Origin: Candidatus Bathyarchaeota archaeon
GTDB lineage: Archaea; Thermoproteota; Bathyarchaeia; Bathyarchaeales; Bathycorpusculaceae
Direction: 5' to 3'
DNA: 64,000 nucleotides
Assembly (NCBI GenBank): GCA_963815095.1
Contig: CAWFFH010000003.1
Coordinates: 416,001 to 480,000 of the forward strand
The translations under genes and the position numbers were made by a program. This document shows, piece by piece, positions 10,952 through 20,266 of the stretch. The notes below the pieces were generated by a model. The model searched no databases. It had not been told where the DNA came from and worked only from the letters and a program-made list of their open reading frames with translations. Positions within the stretch are counted from its first letter, which is position 1. Each line of letters opens with the position of its first letter.

Positions 10952-11906
10952 CTCCGCAAAGAAAACGGTTAAAATTTTCCGTGCCAAAGACGACATAAGC
11001 GATATCGTTAAGGAAGCTGTGGCAAATTCTGGCTTACGTGGGAAACACTCGATTTTTATTAAACCAAACCTGAGCCACCCAGAGTACTTGCCCGGTGTTG
11101 TAACCTGTCCAGATTTAATGCGGCAGTTGGTTGGTTTGCTGCGGGATGGAAACAGTAAAGTCATCGTGGGTGAATCCAACGGGTTCAACTATCCCTGCTG
11201 GACGGCCTTTGATAAAACCGGCGCCCAAGCAGCCGTCAAAGCCGCAGGCGGCACGGTCATCAACCTCTCAGAAGACAAGCTAGTCGAAGTCAAATTCCAA
11301 AACAACACACCGCTGAAGCGGCTGTTTTTACCCAAAACCATCCTTGACGCCGACGCCGTTGTCGATTTGCCGTTAATGAAGACGCATGAATTCATGGCTT
11401 ACAGCGGCGCAATCAAAAACCTCTTCGGCTGCGTACCCAGCAACAAACGCATCTACCTGCATCCGTACCTGCCAGAAGTCATGTACCGGCTGTATAGCTT
11501 ATTCAAGCCTCAGTTAACGATTATGGATGCCAGAACAGGCATTGAAGGCAATGGCCCCACAAAAGGTAAACCCGTCAAAATGGGATTAATGTTAATAGGC
11601 AATGATGCGTTGGCTTTAGACATAACCGCTGCTAAAGTTATGATGCTAGATTGGAAGGAAACTTACCTCAACTTCATCGCCAAAAAAACAGGGTTGCTTG
11701 AAGAAGAAATCCAAGTCGAGGGGGTATCAGTATCTGAGGTAGAACACAGGTTTGAGCCGCCCAGAATCGATTTGCCCGTTAAAGCGCAAATGATAGTTTA
11801 CCAGCATGAGTATTTAACGAAGGTGCTTTTCTGCTCTTTGGACATTGTTAAGCTGTTCCAGAAGGTAACTATGGCATACAGGGGCAACCCCGTTGAAATA
11901 GGCTAA
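10944..11906 (+). CDS. DUF362-family protein
   Basis: IKPNL, VGES, LPLMKTH...GAIKNLFG and GIEGNGP motifs; ATG at 10944 overlaps the end of the upstream rSAM gene. Confidence 0.8.
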   Translation: MSNSAKKTVKIFRAKDDISDIVKEAVANSGLRGKHSIFIKPNLSHPEYLPGVVTCPDLMRQLVGLLRDGNSKVIVGESNGFNYPCWTAFDKTGAQAAVKAAGGTVINLSEDKLVEVKFQNNTPLKRLFLPKTILDADAVVDLPLMKTHEFMAYSGAIKNLFGCVPSNKRIYLHPYLPEVMYRLYSLFKPQLTIMDARTGIEGNGPTKGKPVKMGLMLIGNDALALDITAAKVMMLDWKETYLNFIAKKTGLLEEEIQVEGVSVSEVEHRFEPPRIDLPVKAQMIVYQHEYLTKVLFCSLDIVKLFQKVTMAYRGNPVEIG

Positions 11907-13099
11907 CTTAAAGCTTCGTCGTAAACTTTCAGTGTATCCTTAATTACGATGCGCCAATCATAGTTTTCCACAATTGTTTTCCGAGCCAGCGCACCCATTT
12001 CCTCTGCAAAAGCTGGATGCTCAAGCAAATAAAGTATTTTTTCGCTGAACTGCCGTGAATTGAAGGGTGCAACCAAAAACCCATTTTTACCACTGTCGAT
12101 GGTTTCGGGAATGCCACCAATGGTAGTTGTCACCACAGGCAAACCTGTTGAGAGTGCTTCCAAAACAGCGAAAGGATGATGTTCATAGAAGGTCGAGAAT
12201 GCAAAAACATCGGCGGCTTGATAGAGTTTAGGCAGCTTCTTGTCAGGATAGTAACCTGTAAAGATTATGTTGTCTTTTACTCCAAGTTTTTCTGCATGTG
12301 CGAGAAGTCTATTCATTTCGTCGCTTTGCCCCTTGCCCGAAATTATGAATTTGGCGTTTGGGAAACGTTTTACGACGGCAGGCATGCTTTCGACAAGTGT
12401 GAACAATCCTTTTCGAGCATAGAGGCGTCCGACTGAGACTATAGCTAAATCATCGGGGTTGAAGCCTAGCTCCTCTTTGACTTTGCGCTTATCGACGGAT
12501 GGCTTAAACTTGTTTACGTCAACACCGTTATGGATAACCCGTACCTTGCTTTCAGGAATCTTGTAATAATTCGTTAGCTCCCACTTCGTAAAATGACTAA
12601 CAGCGATAATCTTTCTCGCTCGCTTAAGCATACCTTCCTCAAAAAACCGTAAAAACCAGTTAAAACTCACCAAAAACTTTTCGTTCGCGTTTATCCGGCT
12701 ATAGGGTTCGCCGCGGATAGCTTCAGCCTCGCCCTTCCAAGTGGAGTGGACGGTGCAAACAAGCGTTTTGCCAAAGTTTGGCGGAACCGCAAAATTCGGC
12801 GTCAAGGGCAGTTGGGGGTGAGTAATGTCAACGTTGGCTGTGTTTCGAACGCTTTGGAGTTTGCGGTTACTGGCGGCTGCAAGCATAAACGATTTTACTA
12901 TGGGAATTTTTGGGATTTTTAGGAAAGAAACGTCAAGTTGTGGGTTGACTTGGATGTCTTGGGCTTGGTTTGACCCAGTAATCACGTAGATTTTGTAGCC
13001 GTTTTTGAGAAGTTCATTGGAAAGATAGTAGACGTAGGCGCCTGTTCCCCCTGATAGCGGCCAATATTCAGGCGAGATAAAGCAGACTTTATGCGCCAT
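11903..13099 (-). CDS. Glycosyltransferase family 4 (GT-B)
   Basis: EYWPLSGG, IHNGVD, GRLYARKG, E-x7-E motif (EHHPFAVLEA). Confidence 0.92.
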   Translation of the reverse strand: MAHKVCFISPEYWPLSGGTGAYVYYLSNELLKNGYKIYVITGSNQAQDIQVNPQLDVSFLKIPKIPIVKSFMLAAASNRKLQSVRNTANVDITHPQLPLTPNFAVPPNFGKTLVCTVHSTWKGEAEAIRGEPYSRINANEKFLVSFNWFLRFFEEGMLKRARKIIAVSHFTKWELTNYYKIPESKVRVIHNGVDVNKFKPSVDKRKVKEELGFNPDDLAIVSVGRLYARKGLFTLVESMPAVVKRFPNAKFIISGKGQSDEMNRLLAHAEKLGVKDNIIFTGYYPDKKLPKLYQAADVFAFSTFYEHHPFAVLEALSTGLPVVTTTIGGIPETIDSGKNGFLVAPFNSRQFSEKILYLLEHPAFAEEMGALARKTIVENYDWRIVIKDTLKVYDEALS

Positions 13100-14089
13100 T
13101 TACTTATCTCTCCCAATTAGGTATTTTGAGGTTGTTACTACTGCGCCGACAAACCAAGCTGTTGCCCTCACAAAGTAAAGCACCACCAACCGCAAAGCGA
13201 CCCAGTCTTGAAACTTGACTGAAAGCTTCACGGCAGAATAAACATAATAAACAAACATCCCCAATAATATTAACCCAGAAACAATCCACAACAACCTCAA
13301 CAGCGGCACAATACCTACAAGCAAAAACACAACTATACCCAAAAGCAACACAGGCTGAATATTCATGCCAACATCCGTAATCTCATCACCCCGAGCTAAG
13401 CTTCCATGTTTGAAGTAGAGTTTGAGGGTGTTTTTGCCATACTGCAGCTGTTGACGATAAAACGCTCGAAGCGTGGGACGGTTAAAATGATAACAAACCG
13501 CACTTGGCTCGTAAGCAATCTTGTAGCCTTTGTCGCTTAAGCGAAAGCCCAGGTCGGTGTCGTATTGGCTGGGCAGATTCTCGTCCCATCCACCCGCTTC
13601 CTCTATGACTGCTTTTTTGAGGAGCAGGTTCATGGTAGCTATGCGACCAGTAAATTTACCTATGCGGCGGTAGCGGTTTTTGAGTTCGTACCCGATGCTT
13701 CTTGCCCATGGGTTCTCGCGGTTCCACGTTTCGATACTCCCACTGACACCTGCCACCTTCGGCTCTGCAAGGTGTGGTGCAAGTTTGTTTAGCCAGTTGC
13801 CTTCAATTTTGGCATCGGCGTCTATGAAACCCAAAACAGGATGGGCGGCGATTTTCATGGCATAATTGTATGCCGCAGGAGCATTTAGGCGAATGGAAAC
13901 CACTTTAATTGGAAATTTCTCGGCAATTTTGACTGTGGCATCTTTGGAGCCGCCGTCCATAACTATGACTTCAAAAAAATCAGCAGGATAATTCAAAGCG
14001 AGAATGGATTTGAGACATTCTTCTATTGTGTCTTGGCTGTTATAGGCTGCCACAATAATCGAAACTTTGGGAAATGTGCCCTCAGCCAC
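13100..14089 (-). CDS. Glycosyltransferase family 2 with C-terminal TM helices
   Basis: VSIIVAAYN, DGGSKD, DAD, GGWDE. Likely start is GTG at 14089, since the longer ORF overlaps the upstream gene. Confidence 0.9.
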   Translation of the reverse strand: MAEGTFPKVSIIVAAYNSQDTIEECLKSILALNYPADFFEVIVMDGGSKDATVKIAEKFPIKVVSIRLNAPAAYNYAMKIAAHPVLGFIDADAKIEGNWLNKLAPHLAEPKVAGVSGSIETWNRENPWARSIGYELKNRYRRIGKFTGRIATMNLLLKKAVIEEAGGWDENLPSQYDTDLGFRLSDKGYKIAYEPSAVCYHFNRPTLRAFYRQQLQYGKNTLKLYFKHGSLARGDEITDVGMNIQPVLLLGIVVFLLVGIVPLLRLLWIVSGLILLGMFVYYVYSAVKLSVKFQDWVALRLVVLYFVRATAWFVGAVVTTSKYLIGRDK

Positions 14090-14093
14090 TTTG

Positions 14094-14792
14094 CTATCCC
14101 CTGAAACGAGCAAGCATAATCGAATAGAGGATTTTGGAGCCATCCCATGCTGGGTCAACGCCTGAGTGCCCATATGTTCGCTGCTCAAAACTAATCGGCA
14201 CCTCAGCTACTCGAAAGCCTGCCTTAACGGTCTTAACAAGCATTTCCGATTCTATTTCATATTCACGTGCGTATAACTTTTGTTTTTTTAGAACTTCACA
14301 CTTCATGGCGCGGTAACCTGATTGGGAATCGGTGACAGCGACTCCTGTGAAGACTTTGATTAAGTAATTGAAGACTCTAACGCCAAAAGCATTGAGTTTT
14401 CGCGCTGCAACCTGTTTTTGATTCAAATACCTTGAGCCGATAACAAGATCTGCCTTGTCTTCAAGAACAGGCTTCAAAACTTCTCGAAGTTCTTCAGGTC
14501 GATGTGAGCCGTCAGAGTCAATGGTTATTATTATGTCCCCTTTAGCTTTGGCAAAACCTGCGCGGAGCACGTATCCTTTGCCCAAGTGCTGTTTTAAACT
14601 GTAGAGTCTCACATCACGCTTTCCGGCAACATCAAAAGACCGATCATGAGAACAGTCATCAATGACTATTATCTCGTAGTTTAAGCCGATTTGCCGCATA
14701 GTTTTTTTTGTGCGGTCGATAATGTTGCCTATGGTTAATTCCTCGTTGTAGACGGGAATTATGACGGAAAGCAGCATTTCCCTTGGGCTCAT
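14094..14792 (-). CDS. Glycosyltransferase family 2, dolichol-phosphate-sugar synthase (DPM1-like)
   Basis: SVIIPVYNE, DDCSHD, GKG, DSDGSH, GSR, TDSQSGYR, EIESEM. Confidence 0.9.
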   Translation of the reverse strand: MSPREMLLSVIIPVYNEELTIGNIIDRTKKTMRQIGLNYEIIVIDDCSHDRSFDVAGKRDVRLYSLKQHLGKGYVLRAGFAKAKGDIIITIDSDGSHRPEELREVLKPVLEDKADLVIGSRYLNQKQVAARKLNAFGVRVFNYLIKVFTGVAVTDSQSGYRAMKCEVLKKQKLYAREYEIESEMLVKTVKAGFRVAEVPISFEQRTYGHSGVDPAWDGSKILYSIMLARFRG

Positions 14793-14817
14793 TTTATTTA
14801 AGAAGCCAATGGAAGAA

Positions 14818-14826
14818 CTTATAAAG
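14818..14826. promoter_or_regulatory. Probable bidirectional TATA box between the GT operon and the membrane protein/cobD-like operon
   Basis: CTTATAAAG reads TATA-like on both strands, about 26 nt before the ATG at 14792 (leaderless spacing). Confidence 0.45.
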
Positions 14827-14875
14827 TTTGGCTACCCCAACCTTGTTAGCAATTGAAGGGCAGTTTGAACTTAAA

Positions 14876-15430
14876 ATGCAACCCACATTGAAAATTAAAG
14901 TTGAAGGTGACCGAAAGGTTTGGTTTTCCATGTGGTTTTTGGGAGCAATTGTCACTTTCGGCATCGCGTTTTTCCCTATGTTTTACCGTCTAGTTGAAGG
15001 CAGGAACAGGCATTCTCGCAACGAAGTAGAGTTTGAAGAGCAAATTGCAGCTTACTTACACAATCATGGGAAGGAACCGCCAACAAAAACTGAACAGTTC
15101 AAAATGATGAATTCGAAATTGTGGGCAGCCAGCATAATTCTAATTGTGCCAGTTTTCGTTATAGCGTATTTGTTGTCCAAAGATTTGGCGGTTCATGAAC
15201 GCAACCAAGATGCCTTCCTCGCCGCGGCTCTACCAGAACGAATTTTCATGCCCCAGACGATACCAATAAAAACTTATGCAATAATAACCATAGTGACATT
15301 GGGCGTTGGTGGAGTATACTGGCTCTATAAAGTCGTCAACCTGTATAACGCCCACTTTAAGGCACACTTACAAATACAAAAAGAAATGATTAGGCTGATG
15401 GAGGAAGAAACCGTTGTCAAGCAACTGTAA
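14876..15430 (+). CDS. Membrane protein with three short internal repeats (DUF4234-like)
   Basis: Three hydrophobic segments each ending in a His (..YRLVEGRNRH, ..YLLSKDLAVH, ..YKVVNLYNAH); ATG at 14876 preferred over TTG 14828; overlaps the next gene. Confidence 0.6.
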   Translation: MQPTLKIKVEGDRKVWFSMWFLGAIVTFGIAFFPMFYRLVEGRNRHSRNEVEFEEQIAAYLHNHGKEPPTKTEQFKMMNSKLWAASIILIVPVFVIAYLLSKDLAVHERNQDAFLAAALPERIFMPQTIPIKTYAIITIVTLGVGGVYWLYKVVNLYNAHFKAHLQIQKEMIRLMEEETVVKQL

Positions 15431-16532
15431 AAAACGCAGATTCGTAAGCCACGGTGGAGACATTTGGGGGTTTAGCAGAAAATACAACCTTCCCCTCGAA
15501 GATGTGCTTGAATTTAGCGGACCTATAAACTTCCTTGGTCCGTCGCCAAAAGCTGTGGAAGCAGTAAAGCAAAACGCAAAGCTCATTCGTTATTATCCTG
15601 ACCCCAACCCAGTCGAGTTCAAAGAGCAAATCGCCAAGTATGTGGGCAACGGGGTGGAAGAGGAAAACATCCTTTTAGGCAACGGCTCAATTGAACTCAT
15701 CTACATGATTACAGAGATTTTGCCCAAAGGCTTCAAAGCACTGATTCCCATACCCTCATTTTCAGAGTATGAAAAAGCAACTCTGCGTGTCGGTGGCGAG
15801 CCAATTTTTGTGCAGCAACCCGAAAACTTTGCATTAGAAACAGAAAAAATCAAAAAAGCTGTAACCGACGACACAAAAATCATATGCATCTGCAACCCGC
15901 ACAGTCCCTCAGGAACCCTCTACCACAAAGAAGAGCTCTTAGACCTCGTGGAGTTCTGTAACAAAAAAGACATCATCTTTAGCGTAGACGAGAACTACAT
16001 TGAGTTTGCCAATGAGAGCTTAAACAATACGTTGGCGGGGTTTGTGAAGGATTATGAGAACCTCTTTGTTATTCGCTCTGTCACAAAATTCTATGGCATG
16101 GCAGGCATACGCTTCGGCTACGCAATCGCAGCTGGAAACCTCATCGACAAGCTTGAAACAATGCGGCAACCATGGAGCATCAACGGTTTAGCAGATTCAG
16201 TTACGCTTGCAGCCTTCAACGACACCGAATTCATAGAGAATACCAAGCAAATCATCGCCAAAGAACGAACCGCTCTTGCCAAGAGCCTAAGCCAAATCGA
16301 AGGTTTGCATGTTTACCCATCCGTAACCAACTTTCTGCTCGTAAAAATCAACAACCCTAAACTTACTTCCACCATGCTAAAAGAACTATTAGCAAAAGAA
16401 CGCATACTAATCCGTGACTGCTGCACATTCATGGGCTTAGACGACCATTACTTCCGAGTCACCGTCCGCTCAGCCAAAGACAACCAGAAACTAACAGAAA
16501 CAATAAAGCAAATACTAAACAAAATTAACTAA
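15414..16532 (+). CDS. cobD: L-threonine-O-3-phosphate decarboxylase-like PLP enzyme (CobD/HisC family)
   Basis: N-terminal HGG, EFSGPINFLGP, YPDP, GNGSIE, CNPHSPSG, RSVTKFYGMAGIRFGY, LIRDC; HGG start and IRDC favour CobD over HisC. Confidence 0.78.
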   Translation: MSSNCKKRRFVSHGGDIWGFSRKYNLPLEDVLEFSGPINFLGPSPKAVEAVKQNAKLIRYYPDPNPVEFKEQIAKYVGNGVEEENILLGNGSIELIYMITEILPKGFKALIPIPSFSEYEKATLRVGGEPIFVQQPENFALETEKIKKAVTDDTKIICICNPHSPSGTLYHKEELLDLVEFCNKKDIIFSVDENYIEFANESLNNTLAGFVKDYENLFVIRSVTKFYGMAGIRFGYAIAAGNLIDKLETMRQPWSINGLADSVTLAAFNDTEFIENTKQIIAKERTALAKSLSQIEGLHVYPSVTNFLLVKINNPKLTSTMLKELLAKERILIRDCCTFMGLDDHYFRVTVRSAKDNQKLTETIKQILNKIN

Positions 16533-16777
16533 GAAAATAGTTTCAACAAGAATTTTGGCACACATATTCTATTAGAGGTTCTATGTCGAAACTTTAGTGA
16601 GCATGTCTGTTTTGGCAATTTTTTGAGTTATTACCAGTTAATAGTTTGCTTTGATTGCTTATACCAGAAAACAGCAGAACCACTGGCAACTCTTCAGCCG
16701 GCATCTTGTTCCGTTAAAGCTATAAACTGCGCAAATAATCAAAAGCAACAACAAACGTCTACCTCAGAGGCAAAACC

Positions 16778-18205
16778 GTGCCCGCCAAACCCAAAAACAA
16801 GAATTCCAAACTCAAAACTGAAAACAACATCATCCTACTCATGACTACCGCTCCGCCCGAAAACGGCGCATGGTACTTGGGCAAACGGTTGCCACCCATT
16901 GGTTTGATGTATGTTGCATCGTCACTCGAAAAAGCAGGCTTCCAAGTTCAGATGCTCGACAACTACCTCATGAAAAAATCAACTGAAGAAGTTAAAGAGT
17001 TAATCACAAAAATCAACCCAGAAATTGTGGGGATAACTTGTGGCTCAGCAACTTACCCACGTTGCATAGAAACTGCGAAAGCCATCAAACAGGTAAAGCC
17101 CGACTGCAAGATTATAGTTGGCGGATGGCACGCATCTTACAAACCTGACAGTTTACTGGCTAACCCAGAAATTGACTATGTTGTTATGAGTGAAGGTGAA
17201 AAGGCAATCAGCGAGCTTGCAGCTGCCATCACAAGCGGCAACGAAAACCAAGCCCTAACTATACCCGGCGTCGCGTGCAAACGCAACAGCGAAAACATCA
17301 AAAACCCACCGAAATTGATCGATAACATGGACGAAATCCCTTATCCGGCAAGGCATCTTTTGCCACTTGAACTCTACGACCGAACAATAGAATATTTGGA
17401 TGCTAAACCAGCCGACGTTATGAGTATCTCACGGGGCTGTGTCTTTAACTGTGGCTTCTGCGAAACTCGCAAACTCTGGGGAAACGTCTGTCGAGGCTTT
17501 AGTCCGCAGAGGGTTATAGGCGAAATCCAAGACCTCCAGAAAAGATATGGCACCAAAGGCATCTACTTCATTAACGACAACTTTACGCTTAGAAAAAAAG
17601 AAACCATGGAACTCTGTAACTTAATGATTGAGAACAAGCTGGATTTAGAGTGGGTCTGCGACACACGGGTAGACCTTGTTAGTGATGAGCTATTGGCTTT
17701 GATGAGTAAAGCAGGATGCAAAACCATCTGGTTTGGCGTCGAATCAGCATCACCAAAAATCCTGCAGCATATTGGCAGAAATACAACTCCAGAACAGGTC
17801 GAAAAAGCTTTCAAACTATGCAAGAAATACGGAATAAAAACTGCCTGCTCATTCATGCTTGGCTTACCCGACGAAACATTGGCAGATATGGAAGCGTCCC
17901 TAAAATTCGCAAAGAAACTCAACCCCGACTGGTGCCAATTCAACACATTCATCGCATACCCCGACAGCAGACTCTACAATGAACTGCTAGAAAGTGGCAA
18001 ATACACTAAGTTGGACGAATTTTTGTTGAGCGTTAAAAGTGACCAATATAGTTACGAGGAATTGCAAGCGCTCCAGCGGCGCTTCTTTAAAGAATTCCAC
18101 ATGACGCCCAAACAGATCCTGAAGCGGATTAGACGCGAAGGTGCATTAAACTTCGCCAAACGCAGGCTCACTGGTGGCACAAGAAAGAGCACTGGAGTCG
18201 CCTAA
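16778..18205 (+). CDS. Cobalamin-binding radical SAM protein (paralog 1)
   Basis: PPIGLMYVAS, GGWH, SRGCVFNCGFC, DDNF-like NDNF, GVES. Confidence 0.92.
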   Translation: MPAKPKNKNSKLKTENNIILLMTTAPPENGAWYLGKRLPPIGLMYVASSLEKAGFQVQMLDNYLMKKSTEEVKELITKINPEIVGITCGSATYPRCIETAKAIKQVKPDCKIIVGGWHASYKPDSLLANPEIDYVVMSEGEKAISELAAAITSGNENQALTIPGVACKRNSENIKNPPKLIDNMDEIPYPARHLLPLELYDRTIEYLDAKPADVMSISRGCVFNCGFCETRKLWGNVCRGFSPQRVIGEIQDLQKRYGTKGIYFINDNFTLRKKETMELCNLMIENKLDLEWVCDTRVDLVSDELLALMSKAGCKTIWFGVESASPKILQHIGRNTTPEQVEKAFKLCKKYGIKTACSFMLGLPDETLADMEASLKFAKKLNPDWCQFNTFIAYPDSRLYNELLESGKYTKLDEFLLSVKSDQYSYEELQALQRRFFKEFHMTPKQILKRIRREGALNFAKRRLTGGTRKSTGVA

Positions 18206-18219
18206 AAGGGGAACTTTTT

Positions 18220-19305
18220 TTGCAGAAACGAAGGCTTGGCCGAACAAACCTTCAAGTCTCCATTGTTGGTTTTGGCGGAACATGGATATCCGAGCTAAGC
18301 ACCCATGAAGCGGTAAAGGTTGTCAAGAAAGCCTATGAGTTAGGCATCAACTTTTTTGACACAGCAAAACTAGATGGAGATAGCGAAGAAAAAATCGGGA
18401 CAGCACTGCTGGATGTAAGAGACAAATGTATAATCGCTACCAAGACGGGGTCAAGAACAAAAAAAGAATCACTCGAAGACTTCAAAAGCAGCCTGAAAAA
18501 ACTCAAAACTGACCGATTAGATATTATTCAGCTGCATGGGATAGACACCGATAAAACCCTGACAAAAGCTATGGGTTTAGATGGTTCATTGCAAACCTGC
18601 AAGGAAGCACGGAAACAGGGCTTAGTAGATTTTATCGGCATCACCGGGCACAAGCCGAAGGTTCTAGTTCGGGCAGTTGAGAGCGGCGAGTTTGACACGG
18701 TTCTGGTTCCTCTCAATGTTGTAACACGCCAAGCGTTAGAGGAACTGCTACCAGCCGCGAAAGCGCATGACGTGGGGGTTGTGGTAATGAAACCGCTATC
18801 AGCAAAAACGTCCACATTAATCACATGCCTCTACCAACCTTCTTTGTCGTTGGTTTCAGATGAGCCAGAACTAAAAGTTCTGTTAGGCGAAAACATAGAT
18901 AAGATGGTTAGCAGCGCATTACGATATGTCTTATCTCAGGACATCGCGACGGTTATTCCAGGGTTAAAATCCCTCAGAGAGGTTGAAGTCGCAGCTAAAA
19001 ATGGAGAAAAATACACTGGATTAAGCCAAGAAGAGCAAAAACGGTTTAACTTCAGCCTTGAACCAAATCATTGCAGAGACTGTGGAGAATGTCTCCCGTG
19101 TCCCCAAAACATCAACGTTGCCGCGATTCTACGGTTCCACACACTTTTTCAAGCTTATGGATTGAAGATTTGGGCTAAAAAATTATATAATGCTTTAGAA
19201 GTTAAAGCGCCCAATTGCACGGGGTGTGGTGAATGCGAAGAAAAATGCCCTTACCAATTGCCCATAGTAAGAATGTTGAATAAGGCTATGTTAGATTTCC
19301 AATAG
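18220..19305 (+). CDS. Aldo/keto reductase with C-terminal 4Fe-4S dicluster domain
   Basis: RRLGRT, FFDTA, ATK, SLKKLKTDRLDIIQLH; CRDCGECLPCP and CTGCGECEEKCP. Confidence 0.9.
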   Translation: MQKRRLGRTNLQVSIVGFGGTWISELSTHEAVKVVKKAYELGINFFDTAKLDGDSEEKIGTALLDVRDKCIIATKTGSRTKKESLEDFKSSLKKLKTDRLDIIQLHGIDTDKTLTKAMGLDGSLQTCKEARKQGLVDFIGITGHKPKVLVRAVESGEFDTVLVPLNVVTRQALEELLPAAKAHDVGVVVMKPLSAKTSTLITCLYQPSLSLVSDEPELKVLLGENIDKMVSSALRYVLSQDIATVIPGLKSLREVEVAAKNGEKYTGLSQEEQKRFNFSLEPNHCRDCGECLPCPQNINVAAILRFHTLFQAYGLKIWAKKLYNALEVKAPNCTGCGECEEKCPYQLPIVRMLNKAMLDFQ

Positions 19306-19318
19306 ATTGCTTTAACTA

Positions 19319-20131
19319 TTATTTTTTGGCTATCCAATAGCTCATTTCTGGGCTGCAAAGAAGCCTGTAAATGGGAAACAACGGATTTGGGATCCAGGTG
19401 GCATGCTGATAGTAATCGGTTCGTTTTGAAAATTCATAGCCTTCTTCTTTGAAAACTTGAGCTATGGCTTGGTGATTTAGTGCGTGTTCTTTTTTGTGCC
19501 AGTAATCTGATAGGGTGTAGTCGATTGTGGGAACTTTTAGGCCTATAAGTTGGAAGTATAAGCTGTTGATAACGGGGTTAGAGTGAAAGTAAATGTCTTT
19601 TATTAGGCTGGCGAGGTTGCTGGGCTCGTTTTTCCAGTATGAAGGAGATGCTTCATGATCGATATACATTACGCCGCCTTTCTTTAGGAACCCAGAGACG
19701 TTGTGGAGGGCGTTGACGTAGTCAGGCAGGTGATGCAGAACAGAATAAAAGGTTATAAGGTCAAATTTGCCCTCGCCAAAATTTAGTTCTTCTATTGGCG
19801 AGTTAATAATAGTTAATTTGTCGGAAAAATAGGTAGAATATTTTTTTTTGAGAGTCTGGCACATGTCGGGCGAAATATCTGTTGCTGTCACTCTGTAACC
19901 CATCTGCAAGAGTTTACCCGTTAGGTTGCCTGTGCCTGCGCCCACATCAAGCGCGTTTCTTTGGTTGTTTGTGATTTGCTGGTCTGTGGTTTTTAGTTTG
20001 GTGGTTATTCTTTTTTGTTCTTGTTTGCTGTAGACTTCTGGGTGGAGTTGTTCGTAGTATTTTGCTTCGAAGCGGTGGACTGTGACGTTTGCTTGGTGGA
20101 TTTGTTCTTGGAGGGTTGGTTGTTTTGGCAT
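19319..20131 (-). CDS. Class I SAM-dependent methyltransferase
   Basis: LDVGAGTG, DIS, FDLI, SVLHH, LKKGG; ATG at 20131 is the likely start. Confidence 0.88.
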   Translation of the reverse strand: MPKQPTLQEQIHQANVTVHRFEAKYYEQLHPEVYSKQEQKRITTKLKTTDQQITNNQRNALDVGAGTGNLTGKLLQMGYRVTATDISPDMCQTLKKKYSTYFSDKLTIINSPIEELNFGEGKFDLITFYSVLHHLPDYVNALHNVSGFLKKGGVMYIDHEASPSYWKNEPSNLASLIKDIYFHSNPVINSLYFQLIGLKVPTIDYTLSDYWHKKEHALNHQAIAQVFKEEGYEFSKRTDYYQHATWIPNPLFPIYRLLCSPEMSYWIAKK

Positions 20132-20266
20132 TTGGTTTTTTGCGCCTCCGGAGCAAAGGCTGAATGGCAATAAGTTGCGTTTTCGAATTAATATAGTTTG
20201 AAAATTAAAGTTTTAAGATTTTAAAAAGAAAATAAAGGAGGGAAAATTGTTTTCCCGTTGTATGGT

